Below, in pieces: positions 18,621-28,400 of a DNA stretch of 64,000 nucleotides. The position numbers and the translations under genes were made by a program. The DNA is taken from positions 1 through 64,000 of IMG/VR virus record IMGVR_UViG_3300027971_000043; one strand, given 5' to 3'. The notes beneath the pieces are model-generated. The model made no database searches. It had not been told where the DNA came from and worked only from the letters and a program-made list of their open reading frames with translations. Position 1 is the stretch's first letter. Each line of letters opens with the position of its first letter. This stretch comes from a virus.

Positions 18621-19955
18621 CTAACGGCTTATTTCTTCCCAATCAACGGAAGTGAATAAATCAGCATTGGGATTGTTTGCTGCGCAAACAACTGAAAACT
18701 CAAAGGCTGTTCCTAAGATACCATTTCGTTCTAACTGATTGGCGAAGAGGGCTTCTTTTAGAATATCGATACCTCCACCAGTTTGCTGGGTGGTGCTGAA
18801 ATAACCAGACGCCATAATTCTTCCCGCTGTCGTGAGTGTTGTTGCTGTAAGGTTGTATTCTACCGCGCTGTCGGCGCCAGCGCTCACCCACGTTCCCCCT
18901 GAAGATATACTTGCGTTCCTAACCTGCCAGTTAAAGGTGTCTCCTGTGGTTTTTCCAAGCAAAGAGAGAGCTGTTATGATAACTACGGCATCCGTTCGGT
19001 CTACAGGAGGAGTGCTAGCGGAAGACTTCAATCTGAGTGTGACGACTGGATAAAAGGTTCCAGCTGTGGTTAGTCTAAAGGGGCTTGTGACCGCAGTCCC
19101 GACAGCGTGTTGGGCTCCTCTCAATTCATATCCGCCTTCGGATAAAACCGTAGAGCAAACTTGTTTGAGGGTGCTGGAGCTAGAAGTAACCCCTGTGTTT
19201 TTAATTTCGTACCGAAGTGGGAGACTTGCCGTTGTTATATAAGTTGACGTAATTAAATTGGCATGATGAAACGAATGACAAAGAATAAACTGACCGTTAA
19301 TTATAAATCCTAGACGAACAGTTCCAAGACCTAACCATTCGATGTCCATCCAGAAAATCTGGGCTTTTGTAATATCAAGAGTTATACCAGAAGGGCCAGT
19401 CCCATCAAGCTTGTCCCCATTCCAATCAGCTTGAGCTACTGGGATTTCTGTAACGATTCCAGTTACCAAAGACCGTTCAACTAGACTCAACGCGTTACCA
19501 TAAAGCTCAACATATAAGCCGTTATCATCGCCATAATAGCCAACCCTCTGGCGAAGATTTGTTTTAGTTGGACTCATAACAAATGTATTCATGACCAATA
19601 AAGATTTTCCAGGTTGGTAAGAAAATACTTTTGTTGTCTCTCGAATTATCTCGTCATTATTTGCTGTACCAATTGTTAAATCCATGAGACCCTGGCTCGC
19701 GTTGAAAGTAGCTGAAGCGGTGCCAGAAGTATAAGTCGACCACAGCCCATTGTCCCGATAGCGATGGCTGGAATCAAAAAGGGTGAAGGGTTCGGAGACC
19801 CTTAAACGACCGAAGGAATCGGTGGGGAACGACCCAATAATACCGCCAGATCCACCACTCGAAAGGTTATCAAGGCTACTGGAGATCTTCTGGAGACTGC
19901 GAACTTCCGTGTCTGACCAGAGAGGTGTGTTATTCTCTGGAAAATATTCAGGCAT
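18621..19955 (-). CDS. Conserved beta-rich phage protein, probably virion-associated
   Basis: DSFGRLRVSEPFTLFDS, YQPGKS, DIEWLGLGTVR motifs of a common aquatic-phage family. Confidence 0.75.
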   Translation of the reverse strand: MPEYFPENNTPLWSDTEVRSLQKISSSLDNLSSGGSGGIIGSFPTDSFGRLRVSEPFTLFDSSHRYRDNGLWSTYTSGTASATFNASQGLMDLTIGTANNDEIIRETTKVFSYQPGKSLLVMNTFVMSPTKTNLRQRVGYYGDDNGLYVELYGNALSLVERSLVTGIVTEIPVAQADWNGDKLDGTGPSGITLDITKAQIFWMDIEWLGLGTVRLGFIINGQFILCHSFHHANLITSTYITTASLPLRYEIKNTGVTSSSSTLKQVCSTVLSEGGYELRGAQHAVGTAVTSPFRLTTAGTFYPVVTLRLKSSASTPPVDRTDAVVIITALSLLGKTTGDTFNWQVRNASISSGGTWVSAGADSAVEYNLTATTLTTAGRIMASGYFSTTQQTGGGIDILKEALFANQLERNGILGTAFEFSVVCAANNPNADLFTSVDWEEISR

Positions 19956-19969
19956 ATTTTCCTATCCGA

Positions 19970-20746
19970 CTATTTGATTGTGGCGTATCTTCCGAGTCCC
20001 GTTTTTTGTAGAGTGGGAGCTTCAAATTTTGATCTATCATAAGTTAAAGTTACAGATTTAGTATCTCCTCCACCAACTCTCAACTGTTCCGCCGCATTTC
20101 TATCCTCAAGTCCACTTACTTTTTGAGCTACTTTTGTTGGGTCTAATTTACTCTGCATCCACGAAGCGGGTAACAAAGAGCCAGTCCCGTATATACCTTT
20201 AAATGCGCCAGCTTTTTCTTGACCCGCTCCTGTACCACCAGCAATTACCTGTTGAGCTGCCGAGCCAGCTTCAATTACTCCAGTTTTTGTTTTAGCCATT
20301 TCCTGAGCTTTCTGAGCTTCGGCAAAAGCTTTATCATATGTTGACTCTTGAGCTTTCATTTTACCAAGCAAAGCAGATTCTTGTTCGACTGCCTTAGTGA
20401 TGCCAGATACAGCGCTTGGGTCCCAAGATTTTAATGGCCCCTGCTTACCTTGTACGTAGGCTGTTCCAGGCGAAAGGTATTGCCCAAGTATTGCCTCTCC
20501 CGCTTGAGAGCCTCGCGCTAACTCTTGTGCTGATTCATAAGCACTTTTTGGTCGCGGCTTTCCGTAGTTAGGGTTAAAATATTTATTCCAGTTATATGGG
20601 TCGAGCATTTCCGGAGTTAGTTTAAAATTTCCTTCAGGAATAGTGCCATCAGTGTTATATACGCCTCCTATTTTACCGGGCCCTCGATACCGTTCGTCGA
20701 ATCGACTGTACGAACTAAGATTAGCAAATTTCCCGAGAACTGGCAT
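19970..20746 (-). CDS. Cys-free A/G/Q/K-rich protein, possible internal virion protein
   Basis: Starts MPVLGK, ends KTGLGRYATIK. Confidence 0.7.
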   Translation of the reverse strand: MPVLGKFANLSSYSRFDERYRGPGKIGGVYNTDGTIPEGNFKLTPEMLDPYNWNKYFNPNYGKPRPKSAYESAQELARGSQAGEAILGQYLSPGTAYVQGKQGPLKSWDPSAVSGITKAVEQESALLGKMKAQESTYDKAFAEAQKAQEMAKTKTGVIEAGSAAQQVIAGGTGAGQEKAGAFKGIYGTGSLLPASWMQSKLDPTKVAQKVSGLEDRNAAEQLRVGGGDTKSVTLTYDRSKFEAPTLQKTGLGRYATIK

Positions 20747-20747
20747 A

Positions 20748-20885
20748 TTAATACTTCCCTAAACCTCGACCTTTGTTCCGGACTTTTGGCATGACGTAAG
20801 GCTTCTTATCTACTTTAAGAGATGGCGATTTGTCGGTCGGCATCTTCGCATTCTTTTGGTTCATGTTAAGAGAGTAATTTTTCAT
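20748..20885 (-). CDS. 45-aa basic protein (not in ORF track)
   Basis: MKNYSLN...KGRGLGKY; fills the gap between neighbours with 1-nt spacers. Confidence 0.65.
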   Translation of the reverse strand: MKNYSLNMNQKNAKMPTDKSPSLKVDKKPYVMPKVRNKGRGLGKY

Positions 20886-20886
20886 A

Positions 20887-21042
20887 TTATTTGTTCTTGG
20901 ATTTACCGGCTGCACTTAAAGCAATCGCAATGATTTGCGCTCTTGGGCGCGGTGTTCCACCAGCTCCGCGGGCTTTTCCTTTTTTCTTATTATCAGCGTA
21001 AAGTTCGCTGATGTTGGCTGAGACATTTTTACCTAATGGCAT
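20887..21042 (-). CDS. 51-aa basic protein
   Basis: MPLGK...NISEL...QIIAIALSAA resembles a common small phage family. Confidence 0.7.
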   Translation of the reverse strand: MPLGKNVSANISELYADNKKKGKARGAGGTPRPRAQIIAIALSAAGKSKNK

Positions 21043-21052
21043 AACTTTTAGT

Positions 21053-21250
21053 TTACTTGGACTCCTCTCTATCGTCAACACCATCCTCATTAACATCTTT
21101 GAAGGCACCGGGATCGCGGGTAAAAATTTTCTTAGCCAGCATATAGCGTTCTTCAGCAGACATTTCTGTCCACATTTCTGTCTTACCTCTTGGCTTCCAA
21201 AGGATTAGAGCAACAACAATAAAGACAAAAAATAAAACGGGCCAGAACAT
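21053..21250 (-). CDS. Small membrane protein with a DxNxDG loop
   Basis: N-terminal TM segment; DVNEDGVDD. Confidence 0.6.
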   Translation of the reverse strand: MFWPVLFFVFIVVALILWKPRGKTEMWTEMSAEERYMLAKKIFTRDPGAFKDVNEDGVDDREESK

Positions 21251-21480
21251 TATTTACCTAACCCTGTTTTTTTCTTCCAGCTTATCCGTTCTGAACTCGT
21301 CTTTTTTCTGGCGGCTGAGTTACACATTGACTTGGTGGGGCGACAAGCTGGATAACTACCACCACTGTCAGCCGACTTCCGGCCACATGGACCGCCTGTC
21401 TTACAGTTAATCCACCCTTTCCCTTTGTTCCTGGAAAACCAACCATGCAGGCCCTTCTTCTTTTCGAGCTCGAAGCCCAT
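21250..21480 (-). CDS. Small basic Cys-containing protein (DUF5872-like)
   Basis: GLHGWF...WINCKTGGPCGR...YPACRP. Confidence 0.7.
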   Translation of the reverse strand: MGFELEKKKGLHGWFSRNKGKGWINCKTGGPCGRKSADSGGSYPACRPTKSMCNSAARKKTSSERISWKKKTGLGK

Positions 21481-21629
21481 TATTTCTTCCCCTTGTTACC
21501 CCAGTTTGCTGCTCCAACTTTGCGACATCGAACAAGTGCACCACTGGCATAAGCGGATGGCCACACTTTGTAGCGAGCCTTTACCTTTTGAGTGCAAGCG
21601 TCGTTAGCTTTCTTTTTACCTAAAGGCAT
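21480..21629 (-). CDS. 49-aa basic protein
   Basis: DAC..KVKARYKVWPSAYASGALVRCRK resembles a conserved aquatic-phage motif; start MPLGK. Confidence 0.75.
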   Translation of the reverse strand: MPLGKKKANDACTQKVKARYKVWPSAYASGALVRCRKVGAANWGNKGKK

Positions 21630-21630
21630 A

Positions 21631-21897
21631 TTAACAACTCCAAAGAACTTTTCGGGCCCAATAATTAGCTGACAGTTTCCCATCACCCCCTTTAATCCCA
21701 CCACTCCTAGCACAATAACTCTTTCGCCTTTTGGCACTATGATGCTGAGTAAAATCTTTCATTGAGCTATCTCCAAAATGAATAATTCTTTCTTGCCCGC
21801 CAGAGCAAGCTTTGACAACTTTCTTCTTGCCCGGCCTCCACGACTTGCGCGGTTTGTTGCAGGGCATGTCGGCTTTGCTGGGCTTCCCTAGAGGCAT
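21631..21897 (-). CDS. Small basic protein (DUF5754-like)
   Basis: IIHFGD...RRKSYCAR...SANYWARKVLW. Confidence 0.7.
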   Translation of the reverse strand: MPLGKPSKADMPCNKPRKSWRPGKKKVVKACSGGQERIIHFGDSSMKDFTQHHSAKRRKSYCARSGGIKGGDGKLSANYWARKVLWSC

Positions 21898-22445
21898 TAT
21901 CGCTCCTGTGTTTGACCAATCCTCGAATCAATGACGTCTGAATCTAGGATCGGTACTTTCTTGAGGATCATATCCATGTCCTTTGAAATCCTTTGGAGAT
22001 TGGTGGTGTAGGGCTGAAGGCCACCAGTAAAGTATCCTCCCTGCTTTAAGCCCGTTGCATATCCCGCTACGTTGGTCGCAGACAAAGCCCCGCTATATCG
22101 AGGCATCTTAAGTTTCCTAGTCCAGTCCTCAAAGAACTGGTTGGGGCTTTCATAAGTCTTGAAAGGTTCGATGGCGGGTGCGTTGTTTTCTCCTTCAGTT
22201 GTGGCCATCTTTACCTGAGCTTCTCCAGCCTTGGCTTTGACTCCGCCTAGATTACCATATTTTTTAGCCAGCTCGGACTCACCGTATCCTGACTCCAAAG
22301 CTGTCTGCGCCAAGACCCACGACGGATCGATGCCCAAATCTGCTGCCGCCTTCATCGCCGGAGAAAACATCTTCTTAACGTACGCAATTTTCTTTTCGGC
22401 CTGCGGGCCTAGTTGCTGTCTCCAATCTTGGGTTTCGTCTGCCAT
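21897..22445 (-). CDS. GH73 glucosaminidase/FlgJ-like muramidase, likely virion-associated
   Basis: LAQTALESGYG, NLGGVKA, TTE, GGYFT; Cys-free and follows the ejection proteins. Confidence 0.85.
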   Translation of the reverse strand: MADETQDWRQQLGPQAEKKIAYVKKMFSPAMKAAADLGIDPSWVLAQTALESGYGESELAKKYGNLGGVKAKAGEAQVKMATTEGENNAPAIEPFKTYESPNQFFEDWTRKLKMPRYSGALSATNVAGYATGLKQGGYFTGGLQPYTTNLQRISKDMDMILKKVPILDSDVIDSRIGQTQER

Positions 22446-22458
22446 GGGGTTATTCTAA

Positions 22459-25400
22459 TTACTTTCTTTCTGGAAACAAGATACCCTCTTGATTTTTTTC
22501 AAGTAGAACATTTTGTAGGATAGGATTTTTTATCGTCTTGTTGACTTGCTGCATAAAGGTGATGAATTGGGGTCTACTCATTTTCTCCAGTTGAGGAATA
22601 AATGGAGCTAGGAAGTTCTCTATTACAGGCCCAGCACGTTGCATCCATTCGTACTTTTCGTCATTTGTTAACTCTCGGCTGATTTGGAAAAAGTCATCTG
22701 GTGTTAGAGTAACTCCATTGGCAGCGGCATCTTTAATCAAATCCATCATGGCATAATTTTTTAACGGACCTGGATCCCAATCTAATGCATATCGGTTAGC
22801 TGCAAACAATGAGATTAATTTATCATGTATTGCCTGTTGGCTACGCTCTCCGTTGTTATAAGCCATACCGTCCACTCCGACTGTAGTGAGACGCCGTAGA
22901 AATGGTACAGTATTTGACATTTGTGTCCTTATATTCCCCCCTAAGAAATCAAGATCTGGTCTCCCAATTTTTGACGCAAAAGGTATTGAGGACATAAATA
23001 CAGAAAGAAGATTTTCCTGATAGGGTCTTGCGCTGGGTGAACCCGTTAAGCCATTATAAGCCTGTTCAATATCTCTTGCCGTTGCATAACCGGGTATAAA
23101 GCTGGCAGTTATATTTCCCGCCAACTTTACTGTTTTATCTATTATCATTTTTGGGTCTGTTCTTTGTGGGCCAGGCGAGGTTAGAGCCATGATTGACCTC
23201 AAACCACTTAAGAATCCTACGTCCAACATCGCCAAAGTTGTGACCATCCCAGCCGCTAGCGTACCCTCCAAAGCAGCTTCTACTTTCGATCTCTTGGAAT
23301 ATCTAACACTTTCAACATAAGAGGCAATAAGAGTAAGAACAGCTTGTATGCCTTGAGGGAAGAATTCAAAAGAAACAAATCTAGGTTTACCGCTTTTAAA
23401 TGTGCCCAGCTGAATAGACTTTAACTTTCCTCCCGCCGCAAGAAATGCTTCTCTTTGTGTTGGATCTGCCGGTCCGTTTAAGTGGATGTTATTTTCTGGG
23501 TCATCTTCTCCCGACATCGCAGGTAAAAATCTTAATCCAATAAGAAAAATTCCCATAAGACCAGTAAACATTTTACCCAACAATAAGTCATGTTCAATTG
23601 TTCCGGGAGTAGGGGGAGGCACAAAATATTTACTATCTTTTAATTTTCCGGCTGATCCTCTAATAAAACGAATCTGAGAAATGATGGGTAAAAACTTTAG
23701 CCCCTCATTTGCCAAGGCTGATCCTGTCCTCAAAAACTTAAGTAGAACTTTAAGTGCTTTAGCTTTTTCCCCAAGATCGTTTACAGTTCCAGCTAAAAGA
23801 CCAATATAACCTTCAAAATTATTTGTAAAAGAAGTTTGGGCTGCCAACGTTTGAGCTCTTTTTGTGATTTCTTTTACGGCATCTTCGTCCGGTCTATTCT
23901 GAGCTATAATCTCTTCTACCCGTAAAGTCTGCTCAGTCGGAGTAAGACTAAACTCTTTTGCCTCTGCTGCGGCTTTTGCTTCTGCCCGGGATCTAGCTTC
24001 CGGAGACATGTTCAATAATCTGGCAACCTCGGCTTCAATCTCTTCCTGTGTCGTTAGTCCCTGGTCTATGGCTACATTAGTTGCCTCTAAGACCTCGGCC
24101 ATTTTTTTAGTCGATACTTTTATCAAAGCATCTCCAGCTTGCATAGCTCTTCCAAACCAAATGTAAGGACCTAGTAGACCGTATTTTTTACTAATAGCCT
24201 TGGGGTCGAGAGGTAGTGTGTACTCTTTTCCAAATGCTTTTATTGGGAGTTCTGGCCTAATAGAACTTTGTCCCTTTCTATAGGCTTCGGCTTGGTTTAC
24301 GATCGCTTCAAAAGTATTAATGCCGCCATACTCCTGATTCAACACGTCGGAAATATCGGAATAATTACCGCTTAACATTGTATTTAAAGCTGCTGCGTAT
24401 GCTTTTCCTTTTGGAGAAAAGATTGCTTGATTAAGAGAAGGAAGAGCTGAAAGATAAGCTTTGCCTAATGCTTTTTCTTGTTCTTTGTTGAGCGCAGCTC
24501 CAATGGCATACTTTACTCCTCCAGCCGCGGTTAACAGAAAAGCGTTAAGTTCGGCGTTTAATAACGATCCGAACGCGTTGATACCAACAGTTCCAACTGA
24601 ACTTAGTAGACCTGCGGTTTGATAATTAATTAACAAATCAGACCAAACAACGGGAGCAACAAACTTAATGTATTGATACATTTCATTGATTGCTTTTTGT
24701 CTTATCATTCCTTTTGGCAATACACTCAGGGCTTCAATTTTTTTATTAAGTTCTTTGCGTTGTTCCTGAGTCATCTCGGGAAGTCCGAGTTGCGAATGCA
24801 TCTGAACAAAAACGTCATCATCAGAAAGGACTCCAAGATTTGCAGACTCAATAAGCTTGTCTAAAGCAGATCGTATCTTTCGAGTTTTGCGCTCTTTCTT
24901 CTTTTCAAAATTTTCTTTGATTCGTTTTAAGGCGTCTTTTCTCTCGCTAGCAATAAGTTCAGTCATCCCTTCGCGAAGGAAGTCGAGAACTTCTTTCTTT
25001 TGAGCTTCATCAAGATTAGTATTCTCGGTTAGCAAAGCCCCCATTTTATTTTCAAAGTCCATGATATCGCCACGGCTGGCTCGGATAAGACTACGTAGAT
25101 TTGTCTTAGGTCCCCCAATAGACTCCAAAGCCCTAACGGTTTGCTTGAGGCTAGACACAGCAAAGGGTCTTCCAAACGCTTCTTCAATAAACGGTTCGAG
25201 CCCGATTAACTCTTGCTCATTGTAGTTGTTTCGAAGCGATTCCCGAACGTTGTTGATAAACTCTTTAACTTCTGGATACTGTGCAATCCGATCTTTAAGA
25301 ACTTCGGCTTCGGTAGGTTTAGGTAGAGGTTCAAATACAGGTTGTAGCCCACCCATTTCTTTTGTGCGTTGGGCAATCAATCTTCGAGTCCGCATTGCAA

Positions 25401-28400
25401 ACTCTTCAAGAGCATCCTTAACTTTTGGTTGTTTCTGGAGGCGAGCTGCTTGTTTTTGTAAAGCGTCTGCGGAAGCTTCGGCCAGGGCTAATTCCGGAGG
25501 AAGATTATTTGGAACTATTACAGGTGCTTCTTGAGCGGCTTTTGCTTTTGCTTGAGCAACTCTTTGGATTGCTTCTCCTCGCGTGGACGGAGGAGGAATA
25601 ACTTCAGCAGCCTGACCAACTCTAGTGCCAGCTTCTCTCGCTCTCGCTTCTCTTAATGCTTTAGCTTGGAAGAATTCAAGGGCATAGGTTAGGGCAGAGT
25701 CAAAATAAAGTTCCAACTTTCTTCTTACATTTTCTTGATTCTTTGCATCACGCACAACGGGAGCCAACATCACCAACCGTTTGATCTCATCAGCTGAAGC
25801 GGCTGTCTCCCGCGGATTTTCTGAACGTTCAATGATTCCTAGAATGACTCTACCCAAAGCTCTGGACTGATCTGGATCAAGGCGAATGTCATCTCCACCC
25901 ATACCCGGCTCGGGGGCCGCCGCAATATCAGCTCCAAGCCACTCCGTCAAACCCTTACTAACTTCTTCGCTTTCAAGATAATCCGATATCACCGCTTGAA
26001 TCTGCGATAATGTTCCACCCTTTTTGTTTAGATCAACTAGTTTTCCAAGTTGATCCTGAACTGCTTGCAGATTATTTCCTTTTATGGTTTTCTTAGCAGT
26101 CGTAAATTTTTCAGCAGCTCTTCGATTCGCATCTTTTAATGCCATAGCAATTTCGTCATTTTCCTCTGCGTAACCTTGTAGTTTGCCTTTAAGCGTCTTA
26201 TCTATTTGACGATACACAAAAAGTTTTGCTCTTTCGGGATTATCAAAAATTAACGAATCCAGTCCACTCCACATTTGAACTGCCCTTCCAGCTTCAGTCC
26301 CATACTTTTTAGCTGCAATCAGTGCAACATCTATCAATTGACTTTCAGCAAATTTATCTGTTTTTGCTTTTTCTCTAAGCGTGTTCATTAGTTCAAAAGC
26401 AACTCCTGTTTGCACAGGAAGAGAAGCGTTAATATTTCCAGCTAAAAATTGTTGCAATGATTTATCAAATCCATTTTCTGCTATGTAATTTCTAGCGTCT
26501 TCTATCTGTTGTTCTTGTGATACGGATGTGTAATACCATTCATTTAAAAGCCTATCTTTATCCGCTCCTTCAGGAATTTTATCTAAAACATTTAAGGCAA
26601 TATTTTTTACGGCTTGGCTTTCACGAATCTCGGGGGCTGGTACCGGTATGACTCGAGTAATTTCAGGTGGTGGAACTGGAATTGAAACTGTTTCCCCGTC
26701 TAAAGAAACTGAAGTTACAATCGGTTTTTCAGTCACAATCTCTGGGGCTGGAGTTAGCCGACGAGCATAATTGTCATATCCAGCCCTACCGATAGCCGCA
26801 ATCAGAGCACCGCGATTTTTGTAAGTATAATTCCTGCCGTCAAAAATAATTTCGTTACGATCCTCAAACATCTTGGCAACCGTATTTGCCACAGCTCCGG
26901 CCGAAGTCTTAGCTGTCGTTGGATAAGATGGGTAGAATCCAATCTTTACATTGTATCGGCTGTACTCAGAAGGTTCAACCAGATTGACTGGCTCAGTCGT
27001 GGCTATAAAAGCTACAGCTGGCAATGACTCACCCGACTCTTCCATACCTTCCGCAATCTCAAGGGCTTTGTTAGCGATCCCGGGAAGGCTTGCACGTCCA
27101 CCATCCATCACGGATTTAGTCGCGGCCCGGAATAAATTGCGCTCTTGATTGGTAATCATTCCGCGACGAGCTGCGACATCCAAGCCGTCAAGCCAGTCGT
27201 TCACGTCAACCGTCTTGAATAGATCGTCAGCTGCGGTGACTCCAAATACTCCGTCGGTTCGGCCTTCAAGATGATTCTCAATCATTCGATAGATTCGAAG
27301 ATCGTAGGAGTCGAACTTGTTGGCTGGACGTGGCGATGTCGGGGAACGACCGGGTTCGGGCGCTGCAACCGGCCCTGGCGCTGAAGCGTCCACAAAATAC
27401 TTAGAAGTCTTACGAAGATTAGAAATGGCATCTTCGATTCCTTGACGCAACACCAAGCGATCCGTGGCTTGAGGAGCCAAACCCAACCCACGCTTGACCA
27501 CAGTGGCCATGCTATCAAACCACACGCCGAGTCTGGCAAGAACGGACTTGGGTTCTTGACCGACAAGATCCTTAAGGCGTTGTGTCGCTCTGGCAATATC
27601 TTTTGGATCTACTGAAGTGACTTGTTCGGTAATACCACCTGTAAGATTTAGCTGCGATAATTGTCGGATACCTTCCATAGAAACCTGGTAAGAATCATTG
27701 GCCAAAGCTTTTATTTTTCCTTGAATAACAGGATCGGTAATGTCAGATCCAAGTTGAGAATTATAAAGCCTGGCAATAGCCAATCGAGTAGCTTGGCTCA
27801 TACCGTCTCCAATGGCTGTTAGTTCTTCAACTGGATCAAGTCCAAGTTCACGAAAATATCTGTACGTTTCAACGTGAATTGTCTCCTCCAACATAACTTT
27901 GGTTAAGTACGATTTAAAATCTTTTGGTGATACCCGAGATTTACTAACTGCTAGTTTCTCGGGATTAATAATAATTGTGTCGGATTCATTATCGGCTCCA
28001 GCCTGAGCTGCTACGCTATGCTCCGCCATAGGGGATACCAAAACATTGTAAATACGAGGCTGACCTTTGGCGTCTTTGAAGGTGACCGTATTGTCTTTGT
28101 AGTTAGTTCCAAGAACGGAAGTTAGTTCCGTGTCCACAAACTTTTGTTGCTCGGCGGTCGCTTCGTTTGTTTCTCTAACCGGAGCCACAGCCTCTTCGGC
28201 TCGCAGACCTTCAAAGCCAGCACCAACAGTAGCGTCAAGCAACCGCAACTTGGCCCGCATACGACCGATAGTGTTCTGGTCAATCTCAGCCTGCGATTCG
28301 AGGAATACAATGTTGGGACGGCTGGCGCTGTCTACACGCCAGACACGATAGATAAGTTGAACCGCTTGAATCGCGCTGATCGGAGGAGATAGAATGATCA

